DNA from: Planctopirus limnophila DSM 3776
GTDB lineage: Bacteria > Planctomycetota > Planctomycetia > Planctomycetales > Planctomycetaceae
Assembly (NCBI RefSeq): GCF_000092105.1
Contig: NC_014148.1
Location: forward strand, 2,580,001-2,612,000
DNA: 32,000 nucleotides
Direction of reading: 5' to 3'
Position 1 is the stretch's first letter; the number at the start of each line of letters is the position of its first letter. The notes under the pieces were generated by a model. That model worked only from the letters and a program-made list of their open reading frames with translations. It was not told where the DNA came from and did not search any database. The translations under genes were made by a program, and so were the position numbers. This document shows positions 19,173 to 27,000 of this stretch, one piece after another.

Positions 19173-20567
19173 TTATTGATGGTGTTCGCTCAGCCATTGC
19201 CCCAGTGCCATGAGCGCAAAAGGTGTGGCAATTAACGGGTCGTCTTCCCGCATTTCACGTTGATCATTTTCCCATCGACCATCAGCGCGCTGTCGATCAA
19301 GAACCCGCCGGATTAACTCGTCCCACTCAGCGGAGTCGATGATTGATGGAATGACCACTCTCAATTCAGCCCACTGCGATGCTTCGTAGTAATCCAGACC
19401 TGCATCCCCATCGGGACTTTTGAATGACTCGCCCTCGTTGACCGTAGAGAAGGGGAGTGGCTTCGCACAGCCGGGTTCGACAGTCGGTCGATGAAGCTCA
19501 GGGAACTGCTTTTGCAAACAGATCTTTCTGGCCATTAACCCGTCCCAGGTCGCTGTAGGATAAGGTCTGGCCTGGGGAAGCTGGTCAGCACTGATTTCAA
19601 AACCTCGCTTATTCAGTGTATTTATGGGATCAGGGGTAAAGAAATACACCGTCACTCCCCTCTGCAAGGGATCATTCACCCGGCATCTACCAAGAAACGT
19701 CTCGGCATCCCGTGTGATGTCCGTTGTCAGGCCATCGGCTGCAGCCAGCGCCATCAGCACCATGCGGGTCACAGAAGTATTGGATGGACTCCCTTCGCGA
19801 TGAGATCGTTCCGAAGTTGTGTCTATCTGTGGAGCACGGTCATTGAGTGCCCCCCACCCCCCAAAATCCGGATCGCTTTGGATCCAGCCCTGGGCCTCAA
19901 TCCGTTGTGAGGCCTGGAGTGCCGCTGTCAATTGACGGCTCAGATCAGAATTTTCCACGGCATGGGTTCGGCTTAATGCCCGAAGCAATAGTGCAGTGGC
20001 ATGAACCGGATAATCAGCCGCCCGGCCGGGACCCTGAACCAATCCCATTTCATCAACATGCTTGGTGAGAAAGTCAATCCCCCGCCGAATGGCGATCGGA
20101 GGAATCACTCCTTCGACACCTTCACTTCGAGTCAGCAAATCGAGTGTTAGTGCCGTCTGACCAACTCCTCCCTGCATAACTCCATAGACCTCAGAGTGCC
20201 ACCCGCCGTCGGCCTGCTGCTGATTTAATAACCATCGAACGCCATGTTTCCATGCCTTCAGACAGCGCTCATACCTTTGGTCTGGTACAGAATCACTTGA
20301 AGCTTTGGTTGGCTTTGCTGCCACCTCCGAAACAGTCCGGAAACTTCTATCGCTGGTGGTGGGTAAATCCTCTTTGGGCTGGGAATCACAACCCGTCACA
20401 AAATGTAACAACCAGATGACACATATTATAGCAGGGCGCTGCAAGACCTTACGCCATGCCAAGATTGAAACAAGGATATTCCAAGGATGCCGTGTCATCA
20501 AAAAGAAGTTCTCCACTGCGAATCTCTTCAAAAACGGCTTTAGACGCATACGGATCACATTTTTCAT
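19173..20567 (-). CDS. prenyltransferase / squalene-oxidase-repeat (terpene-cyclase-like alpha/alpha toroid) lipoprotein
   Basis: QW-type repeats NQQQADGGWHSE and DRQRADGRWEND. The hydrophobic leader ends in a VTGC lipobox. The start is probably an internal Met. Confidence 0.5.
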   Translation of the reverse strand: MKNVIRMRLKPFLKRFAVENFFLMTRHPWNILVSILAWRKVLQRPAIICVIWLLHFVTGCDSQPKEDLPTTSDRSFRTVSEVAAKPTKASSDSVPDQRYERCLKAWKHGVRWLLNQQQADGGWHSEVYGVMQGGVGQTALTLDLLTRSEGVEGVIPPIAIRRGIDFLTKHVDEMGLVQGPGRAADYPVHATALLLRALSRTHAVENSDLSRQLTAALQASQRIEAQGWIQSDPDFGGWGALNDRAPQIDTTSERSHREGSPSNTSVTRMVLMALAAADGLTTDITRDAETFLGRCRVNDPLQRGVTVYFFTPDPINTLNKRGFEISADQLPQARPYPTATWDGLMARKICLQKQFPELHRPTVEPGCAKPLPFSTVNEGESFKSPDGDAGLDYYEASQWAELRVVIPSIIDSAEWDELIRRVLDRQRADGRWENDQREMREDDPLIATPFALMALGQWLSEHHQ

Positions 20568-20663
20568 CAGTCAGTTCGCGGTTCGTCTTCGGACAATTTT
20601 CATTCCGTTGATTCAAGCGGATCAGGTTTTGCTTCGAAACTCCTTCGACCTCCAAAAAGGAAT

Positions 20664-21782
20664 TTGAACATGCGACTCCTGCTCGTTGTAGCACTGGGAA
20701 TGTGTGGTTGGGCATTATGGCAGACGACTGAAACGGCCCAGATCATTGAAACCAGCTTCGAGACGATGCCCGCGGATCGCTCTGAAACTCAAGCAGCCGC
20801 TCCGGCAAAAAGTGAGCGATCCACGGCGTCGCAAGTCTCACATGAAACACAGAATTCCATCGACAAAGGAACACGCTGGCTAATGTCCGCCTTGAATCGT
20901 CGCGGTGTTGGCCCGGATATCGATCAACCCTTTGACCTGAGCTGCACTGCGATCACAGGTCTGGCATTGCTTTCTCAGGGGAACACTCCACGGGGCGGTC
21001 GGCATTCGGCTGAACTTCGGCAGATACTCGAAATCATGCTCATGAGAATCGATGACTTTCCACCTTCCAAAAATCGAGCGGTACAGCTTTCTCTGGTACA
21101 AAGAAAAATTGGACGCCACGCCGACCTCTTTTTTGCGGCACTGTTTCTCAGCCAGACTCTCGGAGAATCGAGCAGTTACGATCGTGAGATTCGCGAGAAA
21201 CTCGAACGACTGATCGATGTCATTGCCAGCAGCCAGAAAGATGACGGCACCTGGGGTGAAGAAAGTTGGGCCCCAATCTTAGGAACTGTCATGGGCTGGG
21301 AATCTCTCAGAGCCTCCAGTTCTTGCGGCATCAAAGTGCAGGCCTCGGCTGAGTTGGCAGGACAGGCTCTGCTCAAAAAGCTGCAAATTAAAAGCCAGCA
21401 GGAAACCAACTGGATGCACGACTTCTACAAGACGGCCTCCACCATCCGGGTCCTGCATTCCACGAAGCATCGACATGAGGCGGCGTACATCGAATGCGTC
21501 CGTCAGATGATTGAGATCGCCAAAATGGATGATCGACCTTTTCTCCACGCAGGTGGCGAAGAATACCTGGCGTTTTACTTGATGACAGAATGCCTGCTTC
21601 AAGAACAACGCGAAGACTGGCAACAATGGTACCCACTCGTCTGCAATCGATTGGTTAAACATCAGAACCGGGACGGAAGCTGGACCGGACACCATTGCAT
21701 TACGTCCCGCACCTTCTGCACAGCCGCTGCACTTCTTACACTGCAAGCCCCCCGGCGATCGCTCCCCATGTCCGATCTCTAG
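20664..21782 (+). CDS. secreted prenyltransferase / squalene-oxidase-repeat-like protein
   Basis: Signal peptide MNMRLLLVVALGMCGWALW. QW-like repeats SSQKDDGTWGEE and VKHQNRDGSWTGHH. It is divergent from the similar gene at 19173-20567. Confidence 0.5.
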   Translation: MNMRLLLVVALGMCGWALWQTTETAQIIETSFETMPADRSETQAAAPAKSERSTASQVSHETQNSIDKGTRWLMSALNRRGVGPDIDQPFDLSCTAITGLALLSQGNTPRGGRHSAELRQILEIMLMRIDDFPPSKNRAVQLSLVQRKIGRHADLFFAALFLSQTLGESSSYDREIREKLERLIDVIASSQKDDGTWGEESWAPILGTVMGWESLRASSSCGIKVQASAELAGQALLKKLQIKSQQETNWMHDFYKTASTIRVLHSTKHRHEAAYIECVRQMIEIAKMDDRPFLHAGGEEYLAFYLMTECLLQEQREDWQQWYPLVCNRLVKHQNRDGSWTGHHCITSRTFCTAAALLTLQAPRRSLPMSDL

Positions 21783-21980
21783 TGGCACAGCGCTGGGAGA
21801 AATGTGCTGGATTCAACTCATTTTTTGACGACATTTGCATCACTTGAAATCGAGCTCTCCCGGAGGGCTCTCCCGTAAAAGGATCTGAGCCACAGCCTGT
21901 TCAGCGACAGGTTAACTGGCCCAGAGAGCATGCTGATCCACTTGGACAAAGCGTCAGTACGAAGTATCTTCTCCAGGATC

Positions 21981-22109
21981 ATGTCACGAAAGACCCCTAT
22001 CCCGATCATCGATCTATTCGCCGGCCCGGGAGGCCTGGGAGAAGGTTTTTCCGCCTATTCCCACCACTTGAGAAAATCGTTTTTCAGAATGGCTTTGAAC
22101 AGCTATTGA
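21981..22109 (+). pseudogene. N-terminal remnant of a C5 DNA cytosine methyltransferase (motif I only)
   Basis: Hand translation from the ATG at 21981 gives MSRKTPIPIIDLFAGPGGLGEGFSAYSHHLRKSFFRMALNSY*. IDLFAGPGGLGEGF is the AdoMet-binding motif I (FxGxG) of Dcm-type enzymes. No motif IV (PCQ) or later motif appears in any frame nearby. Confidence 0.7.
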
Positions 22110-22129
22110 GACTCAATAAGAAACCGAAG

Positions 22130-22891
22130 ATGGCTCGCACTGATCTTTGGACTCGTGATCAACTCCTTTTGGCACTTCGGCTCTATTTACGGCTGCCGTT
22201 CGGGAAGTTGCATCGACTCAACCCAGAGATCATTGAACTCGCAAAACTCATAGGTCGCACGCCTAATGCGTTGGCAATGAAGGCATGCAACTTCGCGAAC
22301 CTTGATCCCGAACTTCAAGCTCGTGGAATTCGTGGCTTATCGAATCTCAGCAATGCAGATCGCGAAATCTGGATGGAGTTCTTAACCAATGCTGAGGGCC
22401 TAGCTTCCGAAGCGGAAGAGGCTGCTGAACGAATTGCAGGTGTCGCCATAATTGACCTGCCAGATCTCCGCCTGCCGACGGGCCCGACCGACTTCGAGCG
22501 AACCGTGCGAACACGCCGGGTTCAGTCCTTCTTCCGGGCTGCCGTGTTGACTACCTACAACTCCAGATGCGCGATCTCAGGAGTCGCTGGTGCCGAACTC
22601 CTGACGGCGAGTCACATCATTCCATGGAGCGAATCCATAGAGCGTCGTGCCGACCCCCGTAATGGTTTGTGTCTCAACGCACTTTTAGACCGAGCGTTCG
22701 ACCGGGGATTGTTTTCGCTGGATGACAACTTGCGTGTGATCGTTTCACGACGCCTGATCGACAACGTGGCAGACGCGAAGCTGAAGTGCTCACTGGATGA
22801 AATCGAGGGAAGTCCACTCGCCATACCATCCAGGTTCCGACCGGACCCAGAGGCCATTCGCTTTCATAGGGCTAAGGTTTTCCAACCCTAG
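22130..22891 (+). CDS. HNH endonuclease (HNH_2 / predicted restriction endonuclease type)
   Basis: FRAAVLTTYNSRCAISG...LLTASHIIPWSES...NGLCLNALLDRAFDRGLFSLDD is the HNH_2 signature as I recall it. The N-terminal part, TRDQLLLALRLYLRLPFGKLH..NPEIIELAKLIGRTPNALAMKACNFANLDP, is typical of this group. Start taken as the ATG at 22130. Confidence 0.75.
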   Translation: MARTDLWTRDQLLLALRLYLRLPFGKLHRLNPEIIELAKLIGRTPNALAMKACNFANLDPELQARGIRGLSNLSNADREIWMEFLTNAEGLASEAEEAAERIAGVAIIDLPDLRLPTGPTDFERTVRTRRVQSFFRAAVLTTYNSRCAISGVAGAELLTASHIIPWSESIERRADPRNGLCLNALLDRAFDRGLFSLDDNLRVIVSRRLIDNVADAKLKCSLDEIEGSPLAIPSRFRPDPEAIRFHRAKVFQP

Positions 22892-22997
22892 ATTCATCGA
22901 ACTCAGATGATGAGCATCAATAGGTGAGTCTTGAGCCCTTGTCCTGAGGTGTCCGCTGGTGGCAGTGGAGTGCATGTGGATGCCCGGAAATGCGAAA

Positions 22998-23030
22998 CGC
23001 CTAACTCCCCACAGAATGAGAAGTTAGGCG
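22998..23030 (-). terminator. stem-loop plus T-rich tract downstream of the tRNA-Cys 3' end
   Basis: CGCCTAACT (22998-23006) and AGTTAGGCG (23022-23030) form a 9-bp stem with a 15-nt loop. On the minus strand it is followed by TTTCGCATTT. It lies about 36 nt beyond the tRNA fragment's 3' end. Confidence 0.4.
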
Positions 23031-23065
23031 CTGATGGTCCGCCGGTGGCCACGATTGGCCGCAAA

Positions 23066-23111
23066 AGGCGCCGCCCGGATTCGAACCGGGGATGGTGGAT
23101 TTGCAATCCAT
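23066..23111 (-). other. 3' fragment of tRNA-Cys(GCA): putative attachment-site remnant of the integrative element
   Basis: The minus strand reads ATGGA-TTGCAAA-TCCAC (anticodon arm, GCA), CATC (4-nt variable loop), CCCGG-TTCGAAT-CCGGG (T arm), CGGCGCC (acceptor 3' strand) and T (U73 discriminator). The 26 nt upstream cannot form a D arm or pair with the acceptor strand. So only the 3' portion of the tRNA is present. Confidence 0.7.
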
Positions 23112-23344
23112 CAACCAGTTTACATAACACCATTCCAGAAAAGAACTTACAAAACAACACATCAGTTGCTTGTACCGCCCCTTGTACCAACTCTCAGGCA
23201 GCATTGTCCGAGATTATCATGGCGTGGCCGATGTTACCCGACTACGCGAGGAAAACTGTTCTGCTCATCGTGCGGTCTGAACTAACTGAACAGAATCCCA
23301 AATGACTCCCTGCAGCTAGTAACCTGGCAAGAATTAACTGTCAG

Positions 23345-23476
23345 CTACTTTCTCTCTGTGGACAGCACGTTCGCTGCACAGCCCAAAATGAATATCGCAA
23401 GAGTCGCCCAACCAAACGGCGTGGACAAGAAACTCCAAATGACGCCCCAGAAAATACCCCACACGAGTCCGTCAAC
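23345..23476 (-). CDS. possible 43-aa hydrophobic micro-protein (TTG start)
   Basis: Hand translation gives (M)TDSCGGIFWGVIWSFLSTPFGWATLAIFILGCAANVLSTERK*. AGGAA lies 7 nt upstream of the TTG. A competing ATG-initiated frame (23495 down to 23334) gives a less protein-like product. Confidence 0.25.
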   Translation of the reverse strand, partial: VDGLVWGIFWGVIWSFLSTPFGWATLAIFILGCAANVLSTERK

Positions 23477-23772
23477 TGTCAGTTCCTGAGACATTTGGAA
23501 TCCTTTCCATTAAGGAGTTAATGCGCGTCAGCCATGACGAGCTAACATCAACATCGGAAAGGAAGAAACACAACTTGACGGAAAAAGAATTTCTCGCATC
23601 TTACATCGACCCATCGCCTAGAAATATCGAATGAATCTCAAGTCTCTTCATTTTTTTATGAAGAATCGAGAAACATAATCGCCATTTTCCGGCAATAGTT
23701 GCTCACTCGGCCTATGAACGGCAATATGTCGAGGTTCCGCATCCTTAATGGTCATCACAATAGCTCGTCGCG

Positions 23773-24069
23773 TCAGTTAGAAGAATATGCCAAGAAGAGT
23801 CCGCTGAAACGAATTTGTATAGATGAAATACTGACCTCACACAGAGATAACCTTCTATTAGACAGGACTAAAACTCTTGATTGCTCTGCCTGTTTCAAGT
23901 CGTCGTGCGTCGCTTCTTCAGATAGGCTCAGCAGAAAGCCGTATAAACTCTCATTAATCTTCTTACCTTGTAACGAAGGTGTCCGTCCATTGTGGGTTGA
24001 ATCAGAATCAGCGATCAACCTTTGACAGTTCCTCTCCAATACCGAGAAAGCCAACTCGTTCCATTTCAT
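23773..24069 (-). CDS. hypothetical small protein downstream of (and overlapping) the large NTPase gene
   Basis: 98-aa track ORF overlapping the 3' end of the 1544-aa gene by 62 nt. An in-frame TTG around 24016 would reduce the overlap to about 9 nt. I recognise no motif, and the region is AT-rich. Confidence 0.25.
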   Translation of the reverse strand: MKWNELAFSVLERNCQRLIADSDSTHNGRTPSLQGKKINESLYGFLLSLSEEATHDDLKQAEQSRVLVLSNRRLSLCEVSISSIQIRFSGLFLAYSSN

Positions 24070-27000
24070 CGATTAAGTTCAAACACCATTTCTTGATTGC
24101 GTCGTCAGTCGCCTGTTCGTTCTGACGCACGATGAGTGTTGAAATCTCGCTTGCCGACATCGCCCCGCGACTAGCGACGTGTGTTCCATCTTCGCCAAGA
24201 AATTCGAGAATTCGTTCCGCAGCACGGCAAATAATATGAGGAAGCTGAACCCTTGACTGATTGAGAGCGTGAAGCAGGCGGTAGGGATCACTTTCAAAAC
24301 AGCGGCTTTCGACAAACCGGGCTATGAAATCCTCCAACTGTAACAGCCTTTCACCCGACATATTGAAGAACGCACTAGACACTTCTTGACGGACGTCCTC
24401 AGATTCGTCGGCGAGAAACTCTTCCAGTCGCTCAGCACATTTGTTTCCAACAACTTCTTCTGAGAGATTTCTCGCATAAACGTCGGCAGCGGCCTTTCGC
24501 ATAGTAACACTGCCAGATCGAATATCATCCCCATCAGTTCCTATCGCAACACCTTGAAGTTCAGCCACAACAATGCGACGGGCGACATTCTCAACAGCTT
24601 TAGAGTTATGGCAATACAGCGCATATCGAAGCAGTTCACGGAGTTGGGTGTAATGAGAGTAAATTGCATAGTAGATGAAGTTATCAAAGGGATATGTTGC
24701 ACAAATGTCTTTAGACTGGCGGCAATTTCTCAAGAATAATTCTACCGCAGTGTCGCGGTCAAAGTTGAGAAGCGGCAGAAATGTATCTATTGCACACGTC
24801 CGTACAGATATGATTGGATCTTGAGTCAATAATTCCAACGTGGGACGAAGTGAATTGAATCGAGTGTAGTCATTAAAAAGAAGAGACGACAACGCTTCGG
24901 CCGCTTGCCCGCGCACGCTATTGATGCCGTGCGAATGAGGATCGCCTCCGTAATAATTCTTCCCATCACCTGTGTCCTGCCAGATATCGGTGCACGGGTC
25001 GGGGTCTTTGGTAGCGTAATAGCACACAATCTCTAGAGCTCTTAGCGGTAGCGATCGAGCGGACAGCCTACGGATACAATTTGAAATCGCCGATCCACAC
25101 GGTCGATTTGGCAAATCGTGAACACGATAAACTACAGTCAAAAACATTTCTGTTGGAAATGCAGAGATCTGCTCATTATCAACTTTCTTTTCTTCCTCGC
25201 TGAGATTTCCAAAGCGACCGAAAAGACCGTTTAGAATGGCTGAAAAATATAGCGGATGGACATCGACGGGCATCTTCGTAACCAAGGAGGCAAACCGGGT
25301 TCGTTCTTTGCGGGTGAACTCTTCCAATAAGCGGGAAAGTTCTTCCGGACCGCCTCCGAATCGATCGGTCTTGCCGTCATACTTTCTCATCGCGGAGACC
25401 CATTGGTCGTCCGTCATCTTTTCTGCACTTGCTTGCTCTATAGGTGGGCCCACCCTGCTGACGAAACTCGTGTTGTCCTCTTTGACAATAGCATCCGACA
25501 GCCTCGGAAACTTCCTTTCTAGTTCCTCGATCCTGAGTGCGACACGGTTAGAAACACGTAAGCGGTCGAGCGAGCGAAGCAGGAGTAACTCGGACGAGCC
25601 TCGCCATCGCGGCGTTTTCTTCTCATATTCGTCGCATAAACCGATGATTTGCGACTCCAGTTGCTGAAACAATTCAGAAGAGCACTTTGGCGAGATCGCT
25701 TTTAAGGCAATCCGACTGATCGCACTCTCGCCCGTTCCGTCTCCACCGCCCGACCAGCTTCCATAACCGATGTTGAGTCGGCGTTGGTCGGCAACAAAGT
25801 ATTCGGCGCAGTCGTTTGCAAATTCCTCGGGATTCTCAGCCCATGATCGAAGTAACAAATACCCGAACGTCTGATGTGAATGTGTCTCAATCGTGGCCAC
25901 GTGGCGCCGAAACGCATCAACCTTGTGCAACGCTAGATGCTGGAGCGACTTTCGCAATGAAATTAGGACAGAGTCATTTATATCGAATGGATCGCCATTG
26001 TTCGAAAGCCATGGCCAAGCACGATTATTCAGGATGCCCGCACCGCGAACTTCAGTCTCCAAAACCGTCGCACGAACACGGTGAAGCATTCGTTCGACGA
26101 AGTACTCTGGTTCATCGGCAGCTGCTTTACCAACCATTATTGCACCAGTGTGCGAATGATTGAGCCGGCATTTGTCGAGAAAATTCCACGTCACGCCATC
26201 GTCAAATTGTTGAACTGCCCGATCGAACCATGTTGCCAGCACATCGATCACGAATCGGGGTGACTCGTTCTCTGCATTGTAATGCTGGCTCCAAAAGTCC
26301 CCTCCGCTGACTCTGCTCTCATAGTCGTCGTAGTCGCCTTTCTCGATCAGTTCGAGATAGATCGCAGCCATTTCATCACTTTTGTGAGCTTGCCCCCAAG
26401 ACATTATCCGTTGGATTCGCTGCCGCCAATCACCGTCGCGAGTCACGTACGGACGAATTAGTCGGGCAATTTCTGCAGATCTATAATCATGCAGGTGGTG
26501 TGATTCGAGAAACCAGATCGCTGCGTTATTGAACCGGGAATCGTCGGACGCGAGCCAATTCTTGAATACATGAAGCGAGTCTAGTAAATTGAACCATCCA
26601 ATGTGATCACGTAGAGCAGCAGAGACGTACCGGGAAAGGTCGCCATCCAAAACGTACGCTTCAAGTAGTTGCCATTCCTCCCGACTCGGCTGGCCAACTT
26701 GCTTGAAACCAGACGCAACCATCCGCTTGATGTGAAAGCGAATAGTTGGCGACTCAAGGATGCTACGAATGTCGTTGATGTACTGGCTGAAATCCTCTTC
26801 TCGACGAAACGCCAGAATCTGACGTACCTGTGCGCGGCGGAACAGATGCTGCTCGGATGACTCGAGAAGTTCGATGACGCTTTGCCCCGAGGCGCAGAAT
26901 CGTCTGGCAAATGCGTAATCAAAGAAAGACTCATGGAAAAACCGATAGTGGCGTTTGTTCGGAACCTCAATCAGGACATGTTCGGAAGCCATGGCTCGGG

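Noticed and set aside
196-21788. Long antisense or out-of-frame ORFs inside well-supported genes: 196..756(-), 4513..5076(+), 8029..8421(+), 8868..9362(+), 9046..9495(+), 10330..10728(+), 12044..12532(+), 14326..14970(-), 14954..15640(+), 15103..15945(-), 17612..18567 (both strands), 21279..21788(-)
   Set aside because: Each is fully embedded in a gene with clear family motifs on the other strand or in another frame. Their translations are Arg/Ser/Pro-rich, with no recognisable domain. These are typical shadow ORFs.
21854-21875. Direct repeat GCTCTCCCG x2 (21854-21862 and 21867-21875) upstream of the dcm stub
   Set aside because: It is short, occurs only twice and has no obvious associated function. 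I note it but consider it too weak to interpret.
23040-23150. An intact tRNA-Cys gene on the minus strand
   Set aside because: Only the anticodon arm, variable loop, T arm and acceptor 3' strand are present. The 26 nt upstream (TGGAATGGTGTTATGTAAACTGGTTG) cannot pair with CGGCGCC or form a D arm. I therefore treat it as a 3' fragment (att remnant), not a functional tRNA.
22903-23305. Track ORFs 22903..23190(-), 22931..23305(+), 23001..23204(-) and 23034..23285(+)
   Set aside because: They run across the tRNA fragment and its terminator hairpin, have no recognisable motifs, and overlap each other. They are most likely chance ORFs.
23699-24025. 108-aa plus-strand ORF downstream of the NLR-like gene
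   Set aside because: It has a TTG start and a Cys/Ser-rich composition, carries no motif, and overlaps the end of the large gene antisense. It looks like a chance ORF in AT-rich DNA.
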